From Clostridia bacterium (GTDB taxonomy: Bacteria > Bacillota > Clostridia > UMGS1883): 64,000 nt of DNA. Of this stretch, positions 20,514 through 30,981 are shown in pieces; the first letter of the stretch is position 1, and each line of letters opens with the position of its first letter. Under the pieces are notes generated by a model, which saw only the letters and a program-made list of their open reading frames with translations, made no database searches and had not been told where the DNA came from. The translations under genes and the position numbers were made by a program. The stretch lies in NCBI GenBank assembly GCA_051866635.1, contig JBJDXJ010000001.1, positions 15,765 through 79,764 on the forward strand, written 5' to 3'.

Positions 20514-20825
20514 TTACGCGTTGATAGAAGTGATTTCAACCTTTGTATAAGGCTGACGGTGACCGTTCTTGTTTCTGTAGCCCTTCTTGGACTTCATCTT
20601 GAAAACGATAACCTTCTTACCCTTAGTCTGGCCGAGAACCTTACCCTCAACCTTTGCACCGGAAACTACAGGAGCACCTACTTTAACATCTCCTTCGCCG
20701 CCTACTAAGAGAACTTCATCAAAAGTTACATTAGCGCCATCTTCAGCTTCAAGCTTTTCAACGAATACTACATCGCCAACCTTAACCTGATACTGCTTGC
20801 CGCCTGTCTTAATTACTGCGTACAT
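20514..20825 (-). CDS. rplU: 50S ribosomal protein L21
   Basis: [14 protein letters not shown]...GHRQPYT. Confidence 0.98.
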   Translation of the reverse strand: MYAVIKTGGKQYQVKVGDVVFVEKLEAEDGANVTFDEVLLVGGEGDVKVGAPVVSGAKVEGKVLGQTKGKKVIVFKMKSKKGYRNKNGHRQPYTKVEITSINA

Positions 20826-20844
20826 CTTGTTGCACCTCCCACTA

Positions 20845-20905
20845 TTATGGACTCGCTGTCGGGGGTAGATAAAATCTTTAAAACCCATTCCATGCGGTTA
20901 CCGCT
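20845..20905 (-). ncRNA. L21 leader RNA
   Basis: Leader with ACCGCA...CAGCGAGTCC between promoter TTGACA-17-TATAAT (20936-20908) and the rplU RBS. Confidence 0.65.
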
Positions 20906-21004
20906 ATATTATAACCTCACATTCATAAATTGTCAAGTATGAATTGCAACATTTTTCAGATATTTGCCCGAATTTTTTCACATATCACATTTCATTAAAA
21001 TTCA

Positions 21005-24000
21005 TTACTGAATTTTAGATGTATCAAATGTAAGTGTGTATGTACCGTCGCCGTTGTCTGTAAGAGTTGTTGCAACACTAATCCTTGAGTTATTGTTGTT
21101 AATTCTTACATATTCGTTCCAGTAATCTGTATTGATCTTTGTGTTTGTGCCTACGGGTGTAAGTGTTACAGTATATTTAGTACCATCTACTGTTGTTTCG
21201 CTTACTTCAAAAAATGCATCGCCTGTGTAAGAACCTGTTCCATCTGTACGAATTGTAATCTCTTTCACATCATCTGCATCAATATCGGACCATGTAAGAC
21301 GGATACCTGTCTGGTTTACATATGCGTTAAGCACCTTGTAAAGAATTTCAGACTGAATGGCTGAATTGTCATAATCTGTACCGTCTGTATTACCATTTGT
21401 AAGAAGGCCTGCCGCCACCTGATAAATACTTCTTGTAACCAAATTACCGTAGTACCTATTGCCGCCTATTTCAACATAAGGCTTAGCTGTAAACTTGCGG
21501 TTATAGTTTGATTCTGCAAGGTTTGTAAGTGCCGCAGTAAATACTTCGTCTACCTTCTGCCACTTAGTAGCCTTTATATCTACTACAGTTTCTTCGTCGC
21601 CTTCTGCCATGATTTCAACACCGAAGGTTGCATTTATAATGCTTGCAAGAGATTCGTTATTATCAACAGTTGCAATAAATCTTAAACCGCTGCCGCCATT
21701 TTCGGGAATTTTTCCGTTTTCGTCAACACCGTCACCGATTCTAACCTGGGCACCTTCAATCAAGCTGACGCCTACATTTGCCCCACGGTAAGCGGCACTT
21801 GCAGAAGGTGTAAGCGTCAACACACCGTCTGTAACTGTGTAAACGGTTGTATCATCCGTTACATAGGGTGCTTCTGTATAAACTTTGATTGTTTCACCTT
21901 CAGGAACCGTAAAGCTGTCTGCATATGCAGAAATATCTGTACCCATCTTTGTAACCTTATTTGCTCCCGAAACTGAAACTGCATTTGCAGAAACAATTTC
22001 AACATAAGCTGCTTTACCTTCGTATGTTCCGCCTTCCACAGCGGCTTCGCGCTCGGCTATATAAGCACCGCCCCACGCCGTGCAAAGTTTGAATGACAAT
22101 TTGCCAAGACCTAACGAATTTGCCGTCTTTATTGCCTCTGTAACATCAAAGGTTATATATCCAGCCGCATTTGTACTGGACTTTGAGAAAATTGCTCCCA
22201 AATCGCTTGTAAGAATGGGCGATGAGGATGGCGTATAGCTTCCCTTTTCCGTCTTTGTCCAGGAGGAATCATTTACAGCGTACGCCGCAAGCCTAATAGA
22301 ATTGTTCGAGTTTGAGAAGGTATTGCCATGCCATGTGCGTACATAGAAATGTGCCATAACAGCCTCATTTTCACCAACGGGAATAACAGGGAATTCAAAA
22401 AATCCCACACGGTAGCTACCAAGTGTTGACGGGGTATGCGTTCCATCTGCCACAGCCAAACCGTCTGCGTCGGAAAGGGGACCTCTGTTAGCTCCTTCTG
22501 CCGCACCCACAAATACGCTGTCTGTGTTAGTTGTGCCGATACCATAAACTACCTCTGCCTGAATGAATGCGTCCTCGTTTACCGCATACTTATTGTCCAC
22601 CTTATCCACAACGACTGTTGTATGTTCGGTTACATATGTTTCGGGGATATTGTAAAATGCACCCGTGCCATCGGAATGGATTGCAAAAATTTCTTTTCCT
22701 TCAACGGTAAAACTGCCGCCGCTCACATCGCCCACAGCTTCCTTTATCACTTCACCGTCGTCGTTTACAAACTTAGCTTTAACATAGCTGTTTGAATAAA
22801 CTTTAACATTTCTTATTTCCAAATCTCCGTCTGCCGCACCGTTACCGCGAAGGTTTATAGTGTTAACACAGTCAGGGCTCTGTTCTTTACGGAAGGTTTT
22901 GTTTTCTGCCTTGCCCACAGTGCCGTCACTTCCTGTGGCATATACTGAAAATGTGTCTGTGGAAGCGTCTGCTTTTACAAGAATTCTGTATGTCTCCCCT
23001 GCTTTAACAGAACTTTTAAGCACCGTGCCGCCGTCACTTGTACCTGTTTTATTACCACCCGTTGCTTTTAAATTACCGCCGTTGGGGCTTATACCGAAAG
23101 CACCGCTGCCCCACTTGGAGCCGTTATAACCAAAGTTTGCCCCCGTGTCGCTCACAGTGTTAATTACCATGTCAAATTCAATGTAAAATTCATCTGCCAA
23201 ATTAGCAGGGAAATAAATATTGTTGTCTGCACTACCCTTTGAAGAAGTGTCGCTTAAGCTGAAGCTCTCCGGCAGAACAGTAACCTTTGCTTCTGCCTTT
23301 AATTTGCTTCCCCATACGGTTCCGTAAACGGTATTTTCTTCCCCTTCCGTAAGATTTGATAAATCCCACTCTGTAACCGTTACTGTGGTGCTCGTGCCGC
23401 CTTTTGTGGTTGCCGTAATAGTAGTGGGAAGTACGGGCAGATTACTTCCTATAACAGTTGCACTTACAGTGTCAATGGTTTCAATATCGTCAACCGCATA
23501 TAAAACGTTAACAACATTTTCTGCCGCTTCCACAGTGTAGCTTGCAGGATTTGAGCTGTCTTTTCTGTAAATATTGCTGTCATATTCAATAATATCTGGA
23601 GCATATACCGAAAGGTCGATTGACTCACCTATATTAGCGTTTACCAAAACCGATGCGGCAATTTTTACCGACGTATCAGCTTTGTCAACAAAGTTAATTG
23701 TAGTTGCCGAATTATAATCAAAGGATATTGTGGTACTCTCCGGTGCGTCTATCTTTGTACCGCCTATATATAAGTCATAGGTGCCCGTGCGGTCAGATTC
23801 TGCCATTTTAAAGGAATAAGTAACCGTATTGCCTATAACTTCCTTTTGGGCAATATATCTTAAATCGCTGCTTTTCGCTGTAACAATGCTGACGTCCTTC
23901 TTTACCACAAGAAGGGTTGATTCCTGTGCATCTTCCGGGTTTTGGTATTTTACCGTAACAGAAACGGTTCTTGAAGTGTCAACTCCAACACCTGCAACAA

Positions 24001-24085
24001 GGCTTTCAATACTTGCTGCCGAGGCAAGATTTGTCATGGTAAAAACAAGCATCAGGCTTATTATCATAGCAATGTGCTTTTTCAT
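21005..24085 (-). CDS. Large secreted/surface multidomain beta-rich protein with no recognised catalytic domain
   Basis: Signal peptide MKKHIAMIISLMLVFTM; Ig/MucBP-like segments; FDVT (DNRLRE/CBM96-like) module; C-terminal GAQVRIG...SGLRF domain; RBS AAGGAG. Confidence 0.8.
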   Translation of the reverse strand: MKKHIAMIISLMLVFTMTNLASAASIESLVAGVGVDTSRTVSVTVKYQNPEDAQESTLLVVKKDVSIVTAKSSDLRYIAQKEVIGNTVTYSFKMAESDRTGTYDLYIGGTKIDAPESTTISFDYNSATTINFVDKADTSVKIAASVLVNANIGESIDLSVYAPDIIEYDSNIYRKDSSNPASYTVEAAENVVNVLYAVDDIETIDTVSATVIGSNLPVLPTTITATTKGGTSTTVTVTEWDLSNLTEGEENTVYGTVWGSKLKAEAKVTVLPESFSLSDTSSKGSADNNIYFPANLADEFYIEFDMVINTVSDTGANFGYNGSKWGSGAFGISPNGGNLKATGGNKTGTSDGGTVLKSSVKAGETYRILVKADASTDTFSVYATGSDGTVGKAENKTFRKEQSPDCVNTINLRGNGAADGDLEIRNVKVYSNSYVKAKFVNDDGEVIKEAVGDVSGGSFTVEGKEIFAIHSDGTGAFYNIPETYVTEHTTVVVDKVDNKYAVNEDAFIQAEVVYGIGTTNTDSVFVGAAEGANRGPLSDADGLAVADGTHTPSTLGSYRVGFFEFPVIPVGENEAVMAHFYVRTWHGNTFSNSNNSIRLAAYAVNDSSWTKTEKGSYTPSSSPILTSDLGAIFSKSSTNAAGYITFDVTEAIKTANSLGLGKLSFKLCTAWGGAYIAEREAAVEGGTYEGKAAYVEIVSANAVSVSGANKVTKMGTDISAYADSFTVPEGETIKVYTEAPYVTDDTTVYTVTDGVLTLTPSASAAYRGANVGVSLIEGAQVRIGDGVDENGKIPENGGSGLRFIATVDNNESLASIINATFGVEIMAEGDEETVVDIKATKWQKVDEVFTAALTNLAESNYNRKFTAKPYVEIGGNRYYGNLVTRSIYQVAAGLLTNGNTDGTDYDNSAIQSEILYKVLNAYVNQTGIRLTWSDIDADDVKEITIRTDGTGSYTGDAFFEVSETTVDGTKYTVTLTPVGTNTKINTDYWNEYVRINNNNSRISVATTLTDNGDGTYTLTFDTSKIQ

Positions 24086-24114
24086 ACTTTTGTCTCCTTT
24101 CATCATTTTCACAA

Positions 24115-27100
24115 TCAATACTGGAAGGACCTGATGTACTTGCAACGGAGACCATCGTTCCAAACCATAGTGTCGTCAGGCTCTTCTTCCCAGCCGCCTA
24201 TACCTGTATTGAGGATAAGACGCATATTTTTCTGGAAAGTGATTGTGTCGTGATTACTGCCACGCTGGAAAAGCGTGCCGTCCACATAGAATTTGACATA
24301 GTCATAGCCCCAGTCAAGGGCAAAAGTATGATAAGATGTCGCAACATTAATACTGCTGTTTGTCTGCTTACCGAAAAGATTGTTTGTGTCATTCTCACCG
24401 TGTATAGCGGTGTGCCATGCATTATGACCGTACTTTGAGGAAAGGGTTTCAAAAATATCAATTTCAGGGGGCCATGAATCCCGTCCCGTAAGCCAGAAGG
24501 CGTTCCAGTAACCGATGGGGCTGTTGGGCTGTTTAAAGCTACCCTCAAGATAGCACTGCTTATTGTATACTTTGTTTTGTATACTTACAACGCCAACATA
24601 ACCCTTCCATTTCACCCAGTCGGTTCTGCCGAAATCGCCGTTGTACTGTTTACCGGTTTCACCGGATGTATCTGTGGGCCACGCATTTGATGCAATTTGT
24701 GTAGCCTTTAAAAGCAGCTCGCCGTTTTCCACAATTACATTATTTTTTGTGATAAGAGCTGAGAAATTATAAGAATCGTTTGTGGGATTGTTGCTCTTCC
24801 AGGGGTAATTTGTCCACCACTGTGAGGAAATTGAATTTCCGTAGAAGTTGTCGCACACATACGCACTTGCTTCACTTCTCAAATAGAAGGTTGCCTGTGC
24901 CGCCGCCGAAATTGTTGATGGCTTCACAGTGCCGGTTATATAATCGCTTGTTGTATCGTAAAGATACTTATCCTCCATGGCACTTCCAGCGGAGTTTGGT
25001 GCCTGTAAATATGTGCGGTATTTATATGTTTTGCCCGTATAATATCCCACGTTATCAGTTGTTTCCTTGTAGAAGGTGGCTTTTGCGTAGAAACTGCCCG
25101 TGTTTTCCAGCTTCTTCAAATAGAAAGCATCACCCATTTCTGCTACAACAAAATACCCCGGCATAGACACAGACTCTAATGACACACCTGTACCGATAAG
25201 TCCGCGTCTTTCAACAAAGCGTGTAAGGGCAGGATTTTTATCTGCCGCAACGGAAAGAGTGGCGTTTCCTCCGTTGTGATAGAAATATCTGCCGTAATAG
25301 TCACCGCTTGTTGTGGGATAAGTTGAAAGGCGTGTCGCTTCCAGACGTATAATTCCATTTACGGGATCATCGCCCGTCAAAGTGTTGCTTTCGCTTTCCA
25401 CTTGACGTAAATTTATGTTTGAAACCGTCATCTGAACCTTTTCTGCCGCACCTGTATTAAACACCAAAGTGTTTGCCGTAAGCCCTGTCCATGCACTGTT
25501 TCTTGTAAGCTCATCATCGCAATAGGAAAAGTTCACAAGCTGTGTTTCCGTCACGGAGCTGTCAGATACGGTCACATAACAACGCCTTTTCAGCGGTGAA
25601 ACAAGAAGGGAAAACTTAAGTGTTTCATCTTTTTTGAAGGTATTTTCAAAAAGACTTACGCTATCGCCCTCGTTAAAATAGTTTGACAATATTTGATTAA
25701 TCTTAACATTGTTTCCGCTGTTCTCAAACCTTAACTGTATAGCCGCATAGTTATTTAAATCTGCTCCGCCTGTGATAATGCCGTCCGTTACGGAAATTCC
25801 GCTACCTGTGGCATCTGTGGAAGTGCCCGAGATTGATGAAGGTATTGTGAGATCAAAGCTTAATTCAAAATCGCCCCGTCCTTCGGGAAGGTCAAGTGTT
25901 TTTTGAGCCAATACACCGCCTGCACCTCCGGGACCTTCCTCTCCTCCGTAAATTTCAATCTCACTTACTCTTATCCACCCGTTGTTAGAGGAATCTGTTC
26001 TCGCATAAATTGTATATCTTACGTATCTTGCAGAAACATTGTCCACGGAAACAGTCTGAATGCTGTTTGTGGACTGTGCCGTCCTTTTTGAAATTACTGT
26101 TGTGTAGCTGTCTCCGTCCTCGGAAACCTCAACAGAATAATTATATGTTCTGCTTGCGCCTAAGTCAAAACCTATACCTATAGTGGAAACTGTATATTTT
26201 GCTCCCAAATCTGCAACAAGTGTTGCCGGAGCCGCATCCGTAACACCCGATGCTGTCCATATTGTGCTTGTATTGCCATCTATTGTGTTGGAGGGCTTAT
26301 TTGCACTCTCCGGTGTCTGCGATGCACTAACACTTGTAATTGTAAGTTTTTCCCCTGTTGTATCACCTGTACGGTCCATATTGTCGTAAAGGAGCAGACC
26401 ATCAGAGCTGCTTACGGCATAAAGGGCTGAACCTAAGGTTGGAGTGGAACCTGTTGTTGTCATTTCATCCATGGCACTTATCTGCCAGTTATCGTCTGCT
26501 TCGGCATTATTCATAAGCATTTCGCCCAAAGTGTCGTCAAAGCCGTACGCCTCAATTTCTTTAATGCCCGTTATGCTTCCGCTATTTACGCCGTTAATTG
26601 TTATACGAATATATCTCGCCTTTACTGTAGCAACGTCAAAATACTGTAAACTATTCGTTTTTGTACTCGTCTGACTGTCTAAAAGTGTTTTAAAATTCTC
26701 TCCGTCCTCTGAAACAGAAACTGAGAATATGTACTCTTTACTGCTACCTCCGTCAAAAGCAATTCCCACACGTGAAAGAATATTGTTTTCGCCTAAATAT
26801 GCAGTGATACTTTCATCAGATCCTGTAACAGCCCATTTTGTGCTTGTACTGCCGTCAAAAGCATTTCCCGCAGGAGATGACGTTGTTTCAACATTAGACG
26901 CCCATGCGTCGGAGCTTTCTACATCAAGCTTTTCGCCGTATAAGCTGTCAACCAAAGTACAGCTTTCGCTTGACATCGACAAAACAGGCTGCATTGAACT
27001 GTTCCACACAAAAATCTGTGCCTCGCCTTGCGATATGTCTGCTGTGTATACACCATAGACAGTGGAATTTGCCTCTACGGTGACAACGTATTTATCAAGG

Positions 27101-27321
27101 TTTTTAAATGATTCATCCGCTTCAAAGGTGGCAAGGTAAACTACCGCCTCTGCACTCTCTGCACTCAAATTTTCCAACTTGACGGAAAAAGCAACGTCGC
27201 TTTCCGTCCTTCTGCCTGAAATTTCCACATTAATGTCATTTGCCGCCGCAGGTATTACGAGAGTTGAAATTATTAAAATCGAACACAATATAACTGCCAA
27301 TACCTTTTTCAATTCACCCAT
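24115..27321 (-). CDS. Secreted modular GH16 glycoside hydrolase with two F5/8 (CBM32) modules and an AbfB/CBM42-like module
   Basis: AFDGSTSTKW and IDGNTSTIW...ARYVR discoidin repeats; VSLESVSMPGYF; catalytic AFWLTGRDSWPPEIDIFE; start uncertain (27333/27321/27312). Confidence 0.88.
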   Translation of the reverse strand: MGELKKVLAVILCSILIISTLVIPAAANDINVEISGRRTESDVAFSVKLENLSAESAEAVVYLATFEADESFKNLDKYVVTVEANSTVYGVYTADISQGEAQIFVWNSSMQPVLSMSSESCTLVDSLYGEKLDVESSDAWASNVETTSSPAGNAFDGSTSTKWAVTGSDESITAYLGENNILSRVGIAFDGGSSKEYIFSVSVSEDGENFKTLLDSQTSTKTNSLQYFDVATVKARYIRITINGVNSGSITGIKEIEAYGFDDTLGEMLMNNAEADDNWQISAMDEMTTTGSTPTLGSALYAVSSSDGLLLYDNMDRTGDTTGEKLTITSVSASQTPESANKPSNTIDGNTSTIWTASGVTDAAPATLVADLGAKYTVSTIGIGFDLGASRTYNYSVEVSEDGDSYTTVISKRTAQSTNSIQTVSVDNVSARYVRYTIYARTDSSNNGWIRVSEIEIYGGEEGPGGAGGVLAQKTLDLPEGRGDFELSFDLTIPSSISGTSTDATGSGISVTDGIITGGADLNNYAAIQLRFENSGNNVKINQILSNYFNEGDSVSLFENTFKKDETLKFSLLVSPLKRRCYVTVSDSSVTETQLVNFSYCDDELTRNSAWTGLTANTLVFNTGAAEKVQMTVSNINLRQVESESNTLTGDDPVNGIIRLEATRLSTYPTTSGDYYGRYFYHNGGNATLSVAADKNPALTRFVERRGLIGTGVSLESVSMPGYFVVAEMGDAFYLKKLENTGSFYAKATFYKETTDNVGYYTGKTYKYRTYLQAPNSAGSAMEDKYLYDTTSDYITGTVKPSTISAAAQATFYLRSEASAYVCDNFYGNSISSQWWTNYPWKSNNPTNDSYNFSALITKNNVIVENGELLLKATQIASNAWPTDTSGETGKQYNGDFGRTDWVKWKGYVGVVSIQNKVYNKQCYLEGSFKQPNSPIGYWNAFWLTGRDSWPPEIDIFETLSSKYGHNAWHTAIHGENDTNNLFGKQTNSSINVATSYHTFALDWGYDYVKFYVDGTLFQRGSNHDTITFQKNMRLILNTGIGGWEEEPDDTMVWNDGLRCKYIRSFQY

Positions 27322-27447
27322 CGCCTTTCTCACTTATTAGTCATTTGCCATATATTATGCAGACAAAATATACTTGGTTATATTTTACACCCTTTTTTCC
27401 ACTATTGTCAAATTTTTTTTAATTTATTTTTTAATGCTATAATGTAA

Positions 27448-27483
27448 AAGAATGAGTCCGTTATAATATCGAACTCATTCTTG
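27448..27483 (-). terminator. Terminator after NCS2 permease
   Basis: AAGAATGAGT...ACTCATTCTT. Confidence 0.6.
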
Positions 27484-27520
27484 AAATTTAATATTTAATT
27501 TTATGTTTTCACCATTTTAA

Positions 27521-28945
27521 TTATACAACCATGAAAAACTTCAGAAGGAACAAAGCAGAAATAACATATGTTAAAACCGATACATCCTTAGCTTTGCCCG
27601 AGAATACCTTTATGACAGTGTATGAAATAAGTGCCATACCGATTGCGTGACCTATGGAACCCGAAACAGGCATTGCAATAAGCATAATTGCCGCAGGAAC
27701 AGTCTGGTCCATATCGTTCCAGTCAATATTCTTTAAACCTGAAATCATAAGAATACCAACGTAAATAAGTGCGGATGATGTAGCCGCCGCCGGAATAAGT
27801 GCCGCAACAGGTGCAATAAAGATGCATGCAAGGAATAAAACACCTGTTGTAAGTGCTGTGAGTCCTGTCCTTCCCCCTGCTTCTATACCTGATGCAGATT
27901 CAACAAAGGTTGTAACTGTTGATGTACCTGTACAAGCACCAACCGTTGTGCCGATGGCGTCAGAAAGAAGTGCTTCTTTCATGTTGGGCATTTTACCGTC
28001 CTTATCAACCATACCGCCACGTGATGCCGCACCTACCAAAGTGCCGATTGTGTCAAACATATCTATCATGCAGAAAGTGATAATAAGTGTAATAACTGTA
28101 AACCAGCCTGTTTGAAGAAGTACACCAAAATTGAATTTAAAGAATGTTGTTTCCACCATATCTGCAAAGGGCGGTACAAATGTTGCTGTTGCAAGGCTTG
28201 CAAAGGGATTAATTCCGAAAAAGATTGCTTCCCCTGCCCAATAGATAACACTTGCACCAATCATGCCTATAAGAACACTGCCTTTTACCTTCTTTTTGTC
28301 AAGTATAACCATGATAAAAAGGCCAACGAACATTGTTACAACAGTAAGAACCATTGCTCCGTACGCTTCACCCATGCTATTTCTTATAACAGAAGGTGTA
28401 AGTGCACCGAAGAAATCCTTCAAGGCGTAAAATGCCGTACCTTCGGAATTATAAACACCGGCATTTGAACCAAGACCGATATTCATCAACATAATACCTA
28501 TTGCAGGTGCAATACCTGTACGCACGCCTAAGGGAATTGCTTCAACGATTTTTTCACGTACTGAAAGTGCAGACAAAATTATAAACACAATGCCTTCAAT
28601 CAGAATAATACACAATGCCGCCTGAAATGATACAAGATAGCTTGTCCCCGTCATTGCCGCAATGTTTGCAACAACAACTGCAAAAAAGCTGTTAAGACCC
28701 ATACCCGGTGCCAGTGCAAAAGGCTTATTTGCAAGAAATGCCATAGCAAACATGGCAATTGCAGAAGCAATACAGGTTGCCATAAAAACACCATTCCACA
28801 GTTCTTGCCCGTTTGCACCGAAACCTGTCAGCAAATTGGGATTAAGGGCAATGATATACGCCATAGTCATAAATGTTGTAATACCGGCTACAATCTCGGT
28901 TGCAACATTCGTGCCATTTTCCTTCAATTTGAACAGTTTGTTCAT
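27521..28945 (-). CDS. NCS2/AzgA family nucleobase permease
   Basis: EIVAGITTFMTMAYI, APGMGLN, FDTIGT, ESASGIEAGGRTGLT. Confidence 0.93.
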   Translation of the reverse strand: MNKLFKLKENGTNVATEIVAGITTFMTMAYIIALNPNLLTGFGANGQELWNGVFMATCIASAIAMFAMAFLANKPFALAPGMGLNSFFAVVVANIAAMTGTSYLVSFQAALCIILIEGIVFIILSALSVREKIVEAIPLGVRTGIAPAIGIMLMNIGLGSNAGVYNSEGTAFYALKDFFGALTPSVIRNSMGEAYGAMVLTVVTMFVGLFIMVILDKKKVKGSVLIGMIGASVIYWAGEAIFFGINPFASLATATFVPPFADMVETTFFKFNFGVLLQTGWFTVITLIITFCMIDMFDTIGTLVGAASRGGMVDKDGKMPNMKEALLSDAIGTTVGACTGTSTVTTFVESASGIEAGGRTGLTALTTGVLFLACIFIAPVAALIPAAATSSALIYVGILMISGLKNIDWNDMDQTVPAAIMLIAMPVSGSIGHAIGMALISYTVIKVFSGKAKDVSVLTYVISALFLLKFFMVV

Positions 28946-29047
28946 TTTCTCTTCCTCCGTCTAAGTTTATTTTATACATTATCTGTACAGTTTAAGTTTA
29001 TTTCATTTCAAAAGTTTTGTCAAGGTATATTTGCCTTTCCAAAGCCA

Positions 29048-29084
29048 CAAATAAGGGCGTTGCTTTCGCAACGCCCTTATTTGT
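29048..29084 (-). terminator. Intrinsic terminator
   Basis: CAAATAAGGGCGTTGC-TTTC-GCAACGCCCTTATTTG perfect hairpin. Confidence 0.85.
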
Positions 29085-30572
29085 TTAGTTATGAGCTTTT
29101 GACTTTTTGTAGAAGAAAAGTAATATTGCAACAAGTAACACAACGCCTACTGCAAGACTTAACACAAGACTTTGAGTAAAGCCAGCAAATATATATGCCA
29201 CACACGAACATGCCGCTACTAAAAGCACATAGGGAAGCTGTGTTGAAACGTGGTCAATATGGTCACACCGTGCACCTGTGGATGCAAGGATTGTTGTATC
29301 TGAAATAGGTGAACAGTGGTCACCGCATACAGCACCTGCCAGAGAAGCAGAAACCGTGATTGCCAATAGTGTTGAATCAACGCCGCCGAAGACGGAAATG
29401 ATAATAGGTATAAGAATACCGAAAGTACCCCATGATGTACCTGTTGCAAAAGCAAGACCCAAAGCAACAAGGAAGAATATAACAGGAAGGATTGCCATGC
29501 TTACATGGTATGTCTGTACAACTCCTGCCACAAATCCGCCCGCATCAAGGAAGTCTGCATCACAGATACCGCTAAGTGTCCAAGCAAGAGTAAGAATCAT
29601 AATAGCCGGAACCATAGCCTTGAAGCCATCTGTCAAGCTTTCTGAAAATTCCTTAAAGGAAACAACCTTACGGGGAAGATACAAAATAAAAGTAAAAATT
29701 ATTGTAACAAATGAGCCTAATGCCAAAGAAAGTGCTGATGAACAGTCAGCGAAAGCCGCAACAATGCCAACACCGTCAAAAATGCCGCCTGTATAAAGCA
29801 TGAAGAAAATACAAGAAACAATTAAAAATGCAATGGGAAGTATAAGGTCAAGTACCTTTCCCTTTATGTTGCTCTCTTCTTCAGCTTCTCTTGTAACAAC
29901 GGGATTTTCCTTATTGTACTTTGCCATTTTGCCAAAGTCAAAATTCAATATCATAATCACAAGAAGCATCACAATTGTTAACAGTGCATAGAAGTTAAAT
30001 GGTATTGTACGAAGGAAAAGTGAAAAGCCGTCAATTGCTGACTCTTCGGGAAGTGATGAACCTACTGCCGCCGCCCAGGAGGAAATAGGTGCAATAATAC
30101 AAATAGGAGCCGCTGTTGCGTCAATAATATACGCAAGCTTTGCTCTTGTAATCTTGTAACGGTCTGTTACAGGTGTCATTACAGTACCTACTGTAAGACA
30201 GTTAAAATAGTCGTCAACAAAGATTAACGCACCGAGTGCACTCGTTGCTAAAAGTGCACCTCTCTTTGACTTAATGGACCTTGACGCCCATTTACCGTAA
30301 GCCGCAGATGCACCTGAACGGCTCATCAGACTTACCAAAACACCTAAAAATACAAGGAAAATAACAATATTGATATTGCCTCCTACCTTTTCGCCCATAA
30401 TTGCAAAAATCGTTTCCAAGGAACTGATAATGTTGCAATTAGTATACAAAAGTGCTCCGGCAAAAATGCCTATAAACAAAGAAGTGTAAACTTCCTTTGT
30501 CAAAAGAGCAAGGGCAATAGCAATAATCGGCGGTAATATCGCCAAAAATGTACCTACTGCTGAAAATTCCAT
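29085..30572 (-). CDS. NhaC-family antiporter/transporter
   Basis: FVDDYFNCL, IDATAAP, ATGTSWGTF, GDHCSPISDTT. Confidence 0.9.
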   Translation of the reverse strand: MEFSAVGTFLAILPPIIAIALALLTKEVYTSLFIGIFAGALLYTNCNIISSLETIFAIMGEKVGGNINIVIFLVFLGVLVSLMSRSGASAAYGKWASRSIKSKRGALLATSALGALIFVDDYFNCLTVGTVMTPVTDRYKITRAKLAYIIDATAAPICIIAPISSWAAAVGSSLPEESAIDGFSLFLRTIPFNFYALLTIVMLLVIMILNFDFGKMAKYNKENPVVTREAEEESNIKGKVLDLILPIAFLIVSCIFFMLYTGGIFDGVGIVAAFADCSSALSLALGSFVTIIFTFILYLPRKVVSFKEFSESLTDGFKAMVPAIMILTLAWTLSGICDADFLDAGGFVAGVVQTYHVSMAILPVIFFLVALGLAFATGTSWGTFGILIPIIISVFGGVDSTLLAITVSASLAGAVCGDHCSPISDTTILASTGARCDHIDHVSTQLPYVLLVAACSCVAYIFAGFTQSLVLSLAVGVVLLVAILLFFYKKSKAHN

Positions 30573-30732
30573 TTTCTTAACTCCTTTTAAAGTAATTTTA
30601 CTTAATTATACATAACTTGACATATTTAGTCAAGTTTTTTAAATATCTTTTGTTATTAGTTTTGCAAAATAAAAATCAGACCCCCGACATAAGATTTATA
30701 AATCTCAATTGGAGGTCTGTTCATTTTACTTA

Positions 30733-30954
30733 TCATTCCTTATTTCTTAAAATCTTTATAAAGCCTGCCATAAGAGGAATATATGTAACAACAAAAACGA
30801 TGCCCGCTATAATAAGTGCCTGTATTTTTACAGTATCGGGCAACAAAACGCCTATAATTACTCCTATCGCACACACACAGCATTTCACAAGAGCAAATTC
30901 CTTCCATGTACTTTTCTTTGCATACTTATTTGCATAATCAAACAATTTTTTCAT
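30733..30954 (-). CDS. Small 2-TM membrane protein
   Basis: STWKEFALVKCC...TYIPLM; RBS GGGGGA. Confidence 0.75.
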   Translation of the reverse strand: MKKLFDYANKYAKKSTWKEFALVKCCVCAIGVIIGVLLPDTVKIQALIIAGIVFVVTYIPLMAGFIKILRNKE

Positions 30955-30981
30955 ATTAATCCCCCATTATTTTGTTATTTA

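Noticed and set aside
28946-29047. Purine riboswitch upstream of the NCS2 permease
   Set aside because: The leader is too short and AT-rich, and no aptamer core is visible
30573-30732. att direct repeat of the tRNA-Leu 3' end at the far border of the accessory array
   Set aside because: No copy of the tRNA 3' end seen and no integrase, so not called a classical integrative island
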